Shown here piece after piece: positions 15,379 to 24,280 of a stretch of DNA of 51,557 bases. The position numbers and the translations under genes were made by a program. Position 1 is the first letter of the stretch, and every line of letters starts with the position of its first letter. The notes below the pieces were generated by a model. It was not told where the DNA came from and did not search any database. It saw nothing but the letters and a program-made list of their open reading frames with translations. The DNA lies in IMG/VR virus record IMGVR_UViG_3300028887_000011, positions 1-51,557 of that record; one strand, 5' to 3'. This DNA is from a virus.

Positions 15379-18300
15379 GTGCCACAAGTTATTGTTTTAG
15401 AAGATGGTACTACAATTGTTCCATACAATTCAGATAGAACGGGTGCTCAGATGGATAGAGCAATGGACAGAGGAGATTCTGTAGGCGATATATCACAACT
15501 GAATACAACCGATAAATCAAGTATTGTAGGGGCAATAAATGAAACAAGTTCAGAAATTGCTAATGTGACACCTGCTGCCACGGCGGCAAGTAAGAATTTT
15601 GCAAATGAGTATGCTAAAAACACAAGAAGTATTTTTGCATCAGGATTGGCATGGGAGCAGGGTACAAGATATGAAAATGGTACAACAGCATCTGCAACAA
15701 ACAGAATCCGTAGTATGGTTGGCTTGTCACTCCCTGTCGGAACAACATTTACAGCTGCAACAGGATATAAAATTACTGTTATCGGTGCAAATGAAGCATC
15801 GACTACATGGTATTTTACAAGTGGCTGGGTTACAACATATACATTGAAGGACAATTGCAATTGTTATCTTCTTATTGCAAAGTCCGACGATACATCAATT
15901 AATATTGGTGATGTCGATATTGATTCTATTCTTGGAATTGTAGTTCCGAATGATTCAAGTGCTTATTACACAGATATAAATGTTGCAGCAGTTGGTGTCA
16001 TTGATACAACAACGGGTCAGCCAAGCTCAACTACAAATCGTGCTTATACAGATTTTACTAGTGTAAGAAGTGGCGACATTATCGGAGCAAAATTCGGAAA
16101 TGATGTCAGGATATATGTTCACAAATATGATTTTGAAAGAGCTTATCTTGGAAACAACGGAGCATGGATAAAAGGTGGTTATTACACAGTCGGTAGTGAG
16201 GCATTTATTAGGCTTTCAATTTCTTATGCAGACGACAGAACAGTTACAACGACTGACTTTGCAACATTTGAGTCTGATATCTATGTACAACGCAAAACGG
16301 CATCATTGTATGATGCAAGTACAGCACAAGAAGAAAAAATTTCTGATATCAATGCAGAAGTTGTTTCGCATAATATGAATCTTGCAGGTGAATACAGTGA
16401 AGGTGTAAGAAAGCTTTATACATCATATCTTGCATGGGAGCAAGGTACAAGGCAAGCAGATGGTTCAACTGGTTCGGCTGCAAACAGAATCCGTAGTATG
16501 ACAGGATTGATGTTACCTGTTGGCACAGTGGTTAAAGCTACATCTAATTATAAGGTAGTAATTATTGGAGCAAATAAAGATTCTGATGAATGGTACTTCA
16601 CAAGTGGATGGGTAAATGAGTTCACCGTTAAGGATAATTGTAATTGTTATTTTGTATTATCTAAAGCCAATAGTGCAAATTTGTCTGTAGATGATACACC
16701 AATAGATAGCATAGTTACAGTGGAAGTACCAACAGAACCTATTTTTACCACAGGTATTACAATGTCGGCTGTAGGTACAATTGATACATCAACTGGTCAG
16801 CCATCATCCACAACCAATCGTGCATATACAGAATTTTTCAATGTCAATGCAGGAGATTTAATTGGCATAAGAAACGGTAATAATGATAGAATCTATGTAC
16901 ATAAGTATGATGAAAGGTATAACTACTTAGGCAATAATGGTGCATGGATAAAAGGCAGTTTTTATACCGTTGGAACTGAAAAATATATACGTCTTACCAC
17001 ATCTTTCTCAGACGATAGAACAGTTACAACAGATATGTTTGCAACTTTTGAAGCAGACATCTATGTTCAGCGTAAAGTCGTAAATCTGTACAATGCAGAT
17101 GGGGAACAAGCTGATAATTCAACTGCTCTTAAAAATGGTTTTGCTATTGAACAGATGCCATATTTAATTCAGCAAGGAGGATACGATGGTAGTGGTGGAA
17201 TTGTATCAAATAACAAGAGAGTGCGTTCCTCAGACTGGTTTGAACTTGATTCTGATTGCGTTATCAAGAACTTAGACCCTGCTATTGGTGTAAATCTTGT
17301 CTGGAAAACAGGAACATCTATTGGTTCATGGGGATGGATTGAAGGTGCGTTTGAGTATGAAATACCTTATGTTGAAGGCAGAGTGTTTAAGATTACGGCA
17401 CATTATACAGATGAAGCAACAGCACTCTCAATTGGTGACTATCTGAGCAACGTACATATCTTTAAGACAAGCGATGCTATTACTATCGACAAAGATGAAT
17501 TACTTCCAAACTGGAAATCAAAAGTCAATGAAATACAAGCTTTGCAAGGAACCAAGTTTACATTTGGTGTGCAAACAGATAACCACGGTTATGACATAGA
17601 TACAAATGTTAAAATTACTCCTCTGAAAAACCTTACAAAATATATAGGTTTTGATTTTATCTGTAACCTCGGAGACGTTGTTCATGGTTACTCAGCTGAT
17701 ACCAAGGAGTCAATGCAGCTTTCTCTTACAGAGGCTATTAAGAGATATACAGACGGTGTATGTTGTCCATTCCTGTATGCACTTGGTAACCATGAGGATG
17801 ATATACTTTATACAACAGAGGGAACACAAAATAATGACCTTGACGAGGTTATCCTCGGTGATGAACTTTATGGAAGAACTATTGCTAAGGTTAAAAATAC
17901 TTGCCAGATACATCAACCATACAGAGGCTTCTATTATTACGTTGACTTTGATGAAATTCGTGTAATTGTTCTCAATACACGTGATATAGCATGGCAAGCA
18001 ATTAGCAGTTCTGATATTGATATCTCACATCATGTTATAAGTCAGACTCAAATAACATGGCTTAATGATGTTGCTTTTAATACAACTAAGAAAGTAATAA
18101 TTCTCAGTCATGTTCCTCTGCTTGATAGTCTTAATGCTGGTATCGACAATCCTGTCGAGAATGGTGCTGCTGTTCGGTCAGTTATTGAGGCACATGCTAA
18201 TCAGATGATAGGATGTTTCAGTGGTCATACTCATCGTCAGGCAAGCGATACAAGCAACGGCATTACTTATATTGTTTTTGCTAATGGCGGTCAGTTTGCT

Positions 18301-18393
18301 GAAGTAGTTATGGTTGATACAACTGAAAGAACTATTGAAACAAAAATGGTTGGCTATTATGGCAGTAGACAAGACCGAAGTTTTGAGTATTAA
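15379..18393 (+). CDS. Tail-fibre-like protein with tandem duplicated modules and a C-terminal calcineurin-like metallophosphoesterase domain
   Basis: GTG start after AAAGGAGAG. The N-terminal SIVGAINE motif is common in phage fibres. Phosphoesterase motifs are TDNHG, GDVVHG, GNHED, SHVPL and GHTHRQ. Confidence 0.7.
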   Translation: MPQVIVLEDGTTIVPYNSDRTGAQMDRAMDRGDSVGDISQLNTTDKSSIVGAINETSSEIANVTPAATAASKNFANEYAKNTRSIFASGLAWEQGTRYENGTTASATNRIRSMVGLSLPVGTTFTAATGYKITVIGANEASTTWYFTSGWVTTYTLKDNCNCYLLIAKSDDTSINIGDVDIDSILGIVVPNDSSAYYTDINVAAVGVIDTTTGQPSSTTNRAYTDFTSVRSGDIIGAKFGNDVRIYVHKYDFERAYLGNNGAWIKGGYYTVGSEAFIRLSISYADDRTVTTTDFATFESDIYVQRKTASLYDASTAQEEKISDINAEVVSHNMNLAGEYSEGVRKLYTSYLAWEQGTRQADGSTGSAANRIRSMTGLMLPVGTVVKATSNYKVVIIGANKDSDEWYFTSGWVNEFTVKDNCNCYFVLSKANSANLSVDDTPIDSIVTVEVPTEPIFTTGITMSAVGTIDTSTGQPSSTTNRAYTEFFNVNAGDLIGIRNGNNDRIYVHKYDERYNYLGNNGAWIKGSFYTVGTEKYIRLTTSFSDDRTVTTDMFATFEADIYVQRKVVNLYNADGEQADNSTALKNGFAIEQMPYLIQQGGYDGSGGIVSNNKRVRSSDWFELDSDCVIKNLDPAIGVNLVWKTGTSIGSWGWIEGAFEYEIPYVEGRVFKITAHYTDEATALSIGDYLSNVHIFKTSDAITIDKDELLPNWKSKVNEIQALQGTKFTFGVQTDNHGYDIDTNVKITPLKNLTKYIGFDFICNLGDVVHGYSADTKESMQLSLTEAIKRYTDGVCCPFLYALGNHEDDILYTTEGTQNNDLDEVILGDELYGRTIAKVKNTCQIHQPYRGFYYYVDFDEIRVIVLNTRDIAWQAISSSDIDISHHVISQTQITWLNDVAFNTTKKVIILSHVPLLDSLNAGIDNPVENGAAVRSVIEAHANQMIGCFSGHTHRQASDTSNGITYIVFANGGQFAEVVMVDTTERTIETKMVGYYGSRQDRSFEY
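15595..17076 (+). repeat. Intragenic tandem duplication (two ~234-aa copies: 15595..16296 and 16378..17076)
   Basis: The copies align along their length, for example LAWEQGTR...NRIRSM...KDNCNCY...TGQPSSTTNRAYT...RIYVHKYD...GNNGAWIKG...DDRTVTT...ATFE.DIYVQRK. Confidence 0.85.
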
Positions 18394-18455
18394 GAAAGGA
18401 GAATGAGCTATGCGAATATCGAGAGAACTAAGCCTTGAATATGAGGTGGCAGATA

Positions 18456-19166
18456 ATGAATTTTTACGAGATACTGAAGGTTGCTAAGAACTGTAGCAAG
18501 GCATCTGATTTTTATACAACATTATATGCTCAGAAGTTCAGTGGCGGCGATAAATTACCTTCTGAATATCAAGAGGTTGAGTATATCGAGAATATAGGTA
18601 CAACACAGTATATTGATACTGGTTGGAAACGTGACTATGCAAAAGATATAGAGGTTGAAGCAATTATAAAACCATCAACGTTTGACAAACGTTATTGCAT
18701 ATTAACTGATTATAATTATATAAGCGACGAACATATGTCATTTGAAATAAATAACAGTAATTATGCGAGATTTTATGTAAATGGTAGCAACGATTTGGTT
18801 GGAACAACCAAATACAATTATGATGCATTTAACACAGTAAAATACTGTTATAATTGCTCAACAATTTATGGCACAGTCGGAATAAACGGTAATGATGATA
18901 CTAAGGCATTTACTGATATTGAAAGTGACGTTGCATTATATAGTGCAAGAATATTTATTGATATTCCTGAAAGATATAGCACTTTCAAATTTTCGTTCAA
19001 ACTTAAAAGAATGATAATAAAGGAGAACGGCATTTGTATAAGAAACTTTATTCCATGTTACCGTAAAAGTGATAATGAAGTTGGCTTATATGACATTGCC
19101 GATAATGTATTTTATACAAATCAAGGTACTGGTAGTTTTACTGCAGGTCCTGATGTTCAAGTATGA
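18456..19166 (+). CDS. Putative receptor-binding / tail-fibre module protein
   Basis: LPSEYQEVEYIENIGTTQYIDTGW and GLYDIADNVFYTNQGTGSFTAG recall a motif widespread in gut-phage fibre proteins. ATG 18456 follows GAGGTGG. Confidence 0.45.
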   Translation: MNFYEILKVAKNCSKASDFYTTLYAQKFSGGDKLPSEYQEVEYIENIGTTQYIDTGWKRDYAKDIEVEAIIKPSTFDKRYCILTDYNYISDEHMSFEINNSNYARFYVNGSNDLVGTTKYNYDAFNTVKYCYNCSTIYGTVGINGNDDTKAFTDIESDVALYSARIFIDIPERYSTFKFSFKLKRMIIKENGICIRNFIPCYRKSDNEVGLYDIADNVFYTNQGTGSFTAGPDVQV

Positions 19167-19194
19167 AAGGGGTTAACAATATGGAAAACCTCTT
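19167..19194 (+). terminator. Weak hairpin after the receptor-binding island
   Basis: AAGGGGTT / AACCTCTT gives 8 bp with one G-U pair and a 12-nt loop. No clear U-tract. Confidence 0.3.
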
Positions 19195-19237
19195 AGTACT
19201 TGAGCATTAAGTATTACAAATAAAGGAGGTGAAACAG

Positions 19238-20818
19238 ATGGCTAAAGATATAAACGTACTCAGTGAAGAGCAAATGCAAATGGCTCTTATGAATATGGAT
19301 TCGGGTAAAATATATGCTTATAATAAAATCCCATATGGATTGATAAGCAAAGAAGTAGAAGGCGAAAGTGTTCAAGGATTGCTTGAAGAGCTTGGACAAA
19401 TTTGTAATTATTACAAAGTATATAAATCAGGTGCTCCTTTTATTCCTGAAGGTACTAATGGTGACTATGTACCAGCCGATTTAAAATTCAAAATGGTTTA
19501 TACCTTAATCAATAAGGAGGCAAGATTTTTATTTGCAGAAACTCCTGATTTAAAGGTAGAATCGACAGGCGACAGAGATTCTGTTTCAGACGAAGTAAAG
19601 GAACAAATTGATATATTGAATCAGTTGCTTACAAAAGTATTCAATGATAATAATTTTGATGATTCTCTGCTTAAAGCTGCTAAGGATTGTTTTATTGGAA
19701 AAAGAGTTGCTGCACTGGTTAATTTCAACGAAGATGATGGTATAACAATTACTTTTCTTAATTCAACTCAATTTGTTTATCAGACAAAACCAGGAAATCC
19801 AAATGTACTTACCAAATTTGCTGCTTTTATTGTTACAGAAGAGGCAAAAAATGGAAGGGCAAATAAAATCTTCAAAAAGAAATATACACTTGAAAATGGA
19901 AAGGTTTATTTGCAAGAGGAATTGTATGCAGGTTCAGGTGCATTGATTGAGGAAGTAACAAAAAGAACCAAGCTCGATATTGACTTTATACCTGCTGTCA
20001 TTTTCATTAACGATGGTTTAACTGCTGATATTCAAGGAGAATCTGAAATATTTGCTCTTGATGGTTTTGAGCAATGGTACTCTAAACTATCTGGTGCAGA
20101 TATGGATGCGGAGCGAAAGGGAATGAACCCGATAAAATATGCAATTGATATGGAAAGTAATTCGACAAAGGGACTTTCCACTTCTGCAGGTTCTTTTTGG
20201 GATTTGCAAACAGACCAGAATCTTGACAATGCAAATACTAAAGTTGGTATTCTTGAAAATAATATGAATTATTCCAACAGTCTTAAAACTACTCTTGATA
20301 GAATCAAAACAACAGCTTATGAGGCAGTAGATGTTCCAAACATAACCCTTGAAAGTTTGCAAGGTGCAATTACATCAGGAAAAGCCCTTAAAGCAATTTA
20401 TTGGCCTTTGATTGTAAGGTGTAAAGAAAAGATGAAGATGTGGGGACCTAAGCTTAAGCAGGTAATTGATATTATTATAAAAGGTTCTTACACTTATCCA
20501 AATTGCATAGTTGATTATATTTCAGAACCACTTTCGCCTATTGACTATGAAATTAAAGTTGAACAAAATTTGCCACTTCCCGAAGACGAGATAGAGGAAA
20601 AATCAATTGACATTTCAGAAGTTGATGCTAAGCTTATGTCGAAAAAGACTTACATGAAAAAATGGCGAGGTTTGACAGATGCTGAAGTCGATGAAGAACT
20701 TAAACAAATGGCTCTTGAAAGACAATTGCTTGAAGATAGTACATTTGTAGGTAACACAGATTCGTTACCTTATCCCAGTGATAATCAAAATCAAGCTGGT
20801 TCGTTGTTTGATATATAA
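19238..20818 (+). CDS. Portal protein (SPP1 gp6-like by size and synteny)
   Basis: 526 aa. AAAGGAGGTG upstream. Immediately followed by the gp7/Mu F-like head protein. Confidence 0.7.
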   Translation: MAKDINVLSEEQMQMALMNMDSGKIYAYNKIPYGLISKEVEGESVQGLLEELGQICNYYKVYKSGAPFIPEGTNGDYVPADLKFKMVYTLINKEARFLFAETPDLKVESTGDRDSVSDEVKEQIDILNQLLTKVFNDNNFDDSLLKAAKDCFIGKRVAALVNFNEDDGITITFLNSTQFVYQTKPGNPNVLTKFAAFIVTEEAKNGRANKIFKKKYTLENGKVYLQEELYAGSGALIEEVTKRTKLDIDFIPAVIFINDGLTADIQGESEIFALDGFEQWYSKLSGADMDAERKGMNPIKYAIDMESNSTKGLSTSAGSFWDLQTDQNLDNANTKVGILENNMNYSNSLKTTLDRIKTTAYEAVDVPNITLESLQGAITSGKALKAIYWPLIVRCKEKMKMWGPKLKQVIDIIIKGSYTYPNCIVDYISEPLSPIDYEIKVEQNLPLPEDEIEEKSIDISEVDAKLMSKKTYMKKWRGLTDAEVDEELKQMALERQLLEDSTFVGNTDSLPYPSDNQNQAGSLFDI

Positions 20819-20893
20819 TCAATAATTCTTATATCTGAAAAATAAAATTGAACCAGCTTGAACTGGCGAATTAATTAGAAAGGAGGTTCTGTA

Positions 20894-23020
20894 ATGGCAA
20901 ACAATCCATTAATTTATAAAAATGCTGAAAAAGTAAGGGATTCAATTACAGAATCTCAGAAAAAACAAATAGCAAAGTTATATGACGATTGGGCAAAAGA
21001 TATTGCTAAGATGGCAGAATATTACAAGAATAAAACAACAGCATCTGCTCCTTTATCAGCAAGGTATTATGAAGAACTTATGGCTCAATTAACCGAGACT
21101 TCACATCAAGTAAGTAATGAGGTGTATAAAGGACTTAAGCAAAGTATGTATCTTGTATCTGATGCGGTAATTGCAGATAATACAAAATGGCTTGAAAAGT
21201 TTGGCTTTCCAAAAGATGGATTGAATGCTGCATTTAGTTATGTTCCCGATAGTGTGGTAAGGTCAATTGCAACTGGTCAAGTATATGATTCAGGTTGGAG
21301 CTTATCGAAAAGAATTTGGGGAGATAATGAACAAACCATGCAAGACCTTTATAGGATAGTTGCTGGAGGTGTAGCTAAGCAGACACCGATTTATGATATA
21401 GCTAAACAACTTGAAAAATACGTTAAGCCAGGAGCTGCTAAACAATGGAATTTGACAGACAAAGATGGTAGAAAAATATATCCAAGACAAGTTGATTATA
21501 ATGCTCAGAGATTGGCAAGAACTTTAGTTCAGCATAGTTATCAGCAAGCATTTACTGCTGTATGTGAAAAAAATCCTTTTATAACTGATTATATTTGGAA
21601 TGCAAATGGCTCAAGAGTGTGTGAGATATGTAAAATGAGAGACGGACAACATTTCAAAAAAGACGAATTACCACTTGACCATCCAAATGGAATGTGTGTA
21701 ATGGAACCAAATGTGGTAGATGATATGACAAAGCAACTGGTAAATTGGTTTAATTCAGATGATGGAACATATCCTGAAATTGATGAATTTGCAAAGCAAT
21801 TTGGATATGATTCAAGTAAGTTTGAAGCACCAAAGTTTACCGATTTGCAAAACAAATATTTATTGCCATATGGTTTTAGTCCAAATAATATGCCAACAAA
21901 ATTTGAAGATTGGTCCTATAAAGTTTCATTTGACCAAGCATCAGAAATTCTTGCATCTATGGGAACAAGTTGGGGTGACCCACATCCATATCAAAAGCTG
22001 AAACAATATTTTGATGCTAATTTAGCAGGTGTTGGTACCAATATGCTTAATCAGCAAAAAGTTCAAGTGCAAACTCAACCTAAAAAGGAAGAAAAGAAAG
22101 TTAAGGTTGCTGAATTTACATATTGGCAGAATAAGTATCTTGGTCCTTATGGTTATAAAGCGGGCGAAAATATACCAAATTATGAAACATGGTATTTTAA
22201 TGCTACTTTCAAAGATATAAATAAAATGCAAAAAGAGGCTGAAAAGCTCGGCATGTCAATTGAAGATTTTTATGCTAAAAAAGTTGAAAAAGTCAAGTAT
22301 AAATATAAAACAGTTGAAGAGGCTAAAGTACTTGCTAGTGCAATTTCAAATGCAAATACTACCAACATTATCGACACATCAAGTTGGATAAGCATGGTTA
22401 AAAAGAACAATGAATCAGAAATTTTAGCAATAGAAGATGCAAAGAGAAAATTGCTAAGTACAGAAGAAGAAAAAGCTCTGCATAAATATACAGGTAGTGC
22501 TTATCGAACAATTAATGGATATTTGAGAGATAAAGCTGCTGGCAAGATTGATAAACCTGATGCAGATTTAGAAAAGTTAATTGCAGAAATGAGTTCAGGT
22601 TTGGAAAAGATGAAACTTGACAAAGACCTTTATGTTCGTAGAGGAACAGACTTGGGAGATTTGGCTGGTTTATTTATGACTGGCGATTTTAGTTCAAACG
22701 AATCAAGTTTATATGGAAAAACATCGGAAGAATTAAATGCAATGTTTCAAGGAGCAATTGGTGAATATGCAGGCTTTACAAGTACAAGTTCATTATGGAA
22801 CAGAGGTTTCTCTGGTTCTGTTGAAGTTGTTATGCGATTACCAGAAGGTACATCGGCTCAAAGTGTAATGAGAATAAGTCAATATGGAACAAGCGAAGGT
22901 GAAACTTTGCTTGACCATGGAATGAAAGTAAAGTGTTTGCTTATTGAAAAATCAGATGGACACCAGAGCTCAGCACACAGAGTATATCTTGATGTAATAC
23001 CTAAAAAAGAAAATAATTAA
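20894..23020 (+). CDS. SPP1 gp7 / Mu F-like minor head protein fused to a C-terminal ADP-ribosyltransferase domain
   Basis: Mu F-like signature NANGSRVCEICKMRDGQHF...PLDHPNGMCVMEP. ART motifs are YTGSAYRTINGYL, YVRRG (R), FTSTS (STS) and SEGETLL (ExE). Confidence 0.8.
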   Translation: MANNPLIYKNAEKVRDSITESQKKQIAKLYDDWAKDIAKMAEYYKNKTTASAPLSARYYEELMAQLTETSHQVSNEVYKGLKQSMYLVSDAVIADNTKWLEKFGFPKDGLNAAFSYVPDSVVRSIATGQVYDSGWSLSKRIWGDNEQTMQDLYRIVAGGVAKQTPIYDIAKQLEKYVKPGAAKQWNLTDKDGRKIYPRQVDYNAQRLARTLVQHSYQQAFTAVCEKNPFITDYIWNANGSRVCEICKMRDGQHFKKDELPLDHPNGMCVMEPNVVDDMTKQLVNWFNSDDGTYPEIDEFAKQFGYDSSKFEAPKFTDLQNKYLLPYGFSPNNMPTKFEDWSYKVSFDQASEILASMGTSWGDPHPYQKLKQYFDANLAGVGTNMLNQQKVQVQTQPKKEEKKVKVAEFTYWQNKYLGPYGYKAGENIPNYETWYFNATFKDINKMQKEAEKLGMSIEDFYAKKVEKVKYKYKTVEEAKVLASAISNANTTNIIDTSSWISMVKKNNESEILAIEDAKRKLLSTEEEKALHKYTGSAYRTINGYLRDKAAGKIDKPDADLEKLIAEMSSGLEKMKLDKDLYVRRGTDLGDLAGLFMTGDFSSNESSLYGKTSEELNAMFQGAIGEYAGFTSTSSLWNRGFSGSVEVVMRLPEGTSAQSVMRISQYGTSEGETLLDHGMKVKCLLIEKSDGHQSSAHRVYLDVIPKKENN

Positions 23021-23044
23021 AATAATAAAATATATATTTATCTA

Positions 23045-23073
23045 TTGACAAATAAATATAAGTATGATATAAT
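23045..23073 (+). promoter_or_regulatory. Consensus promoter P5 with extended -10, inside the head module
   Basis: TTGACA 23045-23050, TG 23065-23066, TATAAT 23068-23073. Confidence 0.8.
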
Positions 23074-23165
23074 ATATTAAAGGGTATATTATATATTCTT
23101 GTAGTGTTTAAGATAAACAAAGGAGAATTAATTATGTGAGATTTAAGTTGAAAAGAGGAAGTAAA

Positions 23166-23375
23166 ATGTCAAAAGATTCAGAATTTGAAAAAAGAATTAA
23201 AAGTGAGCAAAAGGCGACAAGACCAATACGAAATTCTGATTTGATTTGTAAAGATTGTATTTTACGTTTCGATGATTCGGAAATTCTTGGAAATACTTCA
23301 AAATGTGAAATGTACGATAGCAAACCAAATGAGATAATAAATGGAAATGGCTGTCCATTTCACACAGTAAATTAA
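23166..23375 (+). CDS. Small zinc-ribbon-like protein (moron gene)
   Basis: CKDC...C...C..H pattern. ATG 23166 follows GAGGAAG (GTG 23136 is also possible). Bracketed by P5 and a terminator. Confidence 0.55.
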   Translation: MSKDSEFEKRIKSEQKATRPIRNSDLICKDCILRFDDSEILGNTSKCEMYDSKPNEIINGNGCPFHTVN

Positions 23376-23387
23376 AAAGTCGTGCAG

Positions 23388-23434
23388 ATAACGAGTGCAA
23401 TTCATGAGAAATGATTTGTGCTCGTTATTTTTGT
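23388..23434 (+). terminator. Rho-independent terminator
   Basis: ATAACGAG...CTCGTTAT stem (23388-23395/23421-23428) followed by TTTTTG. Confidence 0.65.
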
Positions 23435-23461
23435 TTAGTACATCTGAAAAGGAGAAGAAAA

Positions 23462-23887
23462 ATGTACATAACATTTGAATGTCATAAATGTAAAGTATCA
23501 CAGAAGGAAAGTCCAATAAATGTAAAAACAGAGCATGCAAATTTTAATGGGCAAACAATAGAGTTAAAATATTACGATTGCCCAGTGTGTAGAGCACGAA
23601 ATTTTGTTCAGGCAGACAATAAATTTTCTCAGAAATTATTGACTGATTGCAACAAAATGATAAGAAATCAAATGCTTTTGAATAGCATGGGTAAAAGTGG
23701 AAAACAATCAGGTAAAATGAAGAAAATGCAAATCCACCTGAGGAAAGTCAGGAATACACTCCTTAAAGAGCTTTCTGGAAATCAGATAAGCACAGGAGAG
23801 ATTGTGCATTTTGTAACTTATGAAATTGTAGGTGACAATAATGATGAAACAATCGTCAATAAAAGCAAGGCAAATGATATGCGATAA
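23462..23887 (+). CDS. Zinc-ribbon protein (CHKC...CPVC), paralog of the next gene
   Basis: ORF 23411..23887 trimmed to ATG 23462 after AAAGGAGAAG. The longer ORF would begin inside the terminator. Confidence 0.55.
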   Translation: MYITFECHKCKVSQKESPINVKTEHANFNGQTIELKYYDCPVCRARNFVQADNKFSQKLLTDCNKMIRNQMLLNSMGKSGKQSGKMKKMQIHLRKVRNTLLKELSGNQISTGEIVHFVTYEIVGDNNDETIVNKSKANDMR

Positions 23888-24278
23888 ATGTGAAAATACA
23901 TTTCTTTATTCGCCTGTTGATATAAAAACAACCAATATAAAAATCGACAACCAAGATTTATTATTGCAGTGTTTTGTATGTCCTGAGTGTGATGCTTTAT
24001 ATCCTATTCTGTTAATCAGAATTAATGATATGCATTATCTGAAAGACGTACAAGAATCACTAGCGGCGTATAGAAGTTCATTTAACGCAAATAGTCAGGG
24101 GCTCGATAAGAAATTGGAGCTTATCAATAAAGCTGAAGAAAAGTACAAAGATAGTCGAAAAAAATTAAGTTCGGCTATTCTTGAAACACGTAAAAGGCTT
24201 TCTGGGTATTTCACCTATGATAAGCAAACACAAAAAATTTACTACCATGAGAAAAACATGGAAGAAAAGGAGAAGTAA
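23841..24278 (+). CDS. Zinc-ribbon protein (CDKC...CPEC), paralog of the previous gene
   Basis: Same layout as the upstream gene: CxxC, about 35 aa, CPxC, then a helical basic tail. Confidence 0.5.
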   Translation: MMKQSSIKARQMICDKCENTFLYSPVDIKTTNIKIDNQDLLLQCFVCPECDALYPILLIRINDMHYLKDVQESLAAYRSSFNANSQGLDKKLELINKAEEKYKDSRKKLSSAILETRKRLSGYFTYDKQTQKIYYHEKNMEEKEK

Positions 24279-24280
24279 AA

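Noticed and set aside
15595-17076. Tandem copies in the fibre gene as a diversity-generating retroelement (TR/VR pair)
   Set aside because: The genome has no reverse transcriptase. Both copies are in-frame coding modules of one protein. Differences are spread over all base types rather than being adenine-specific.
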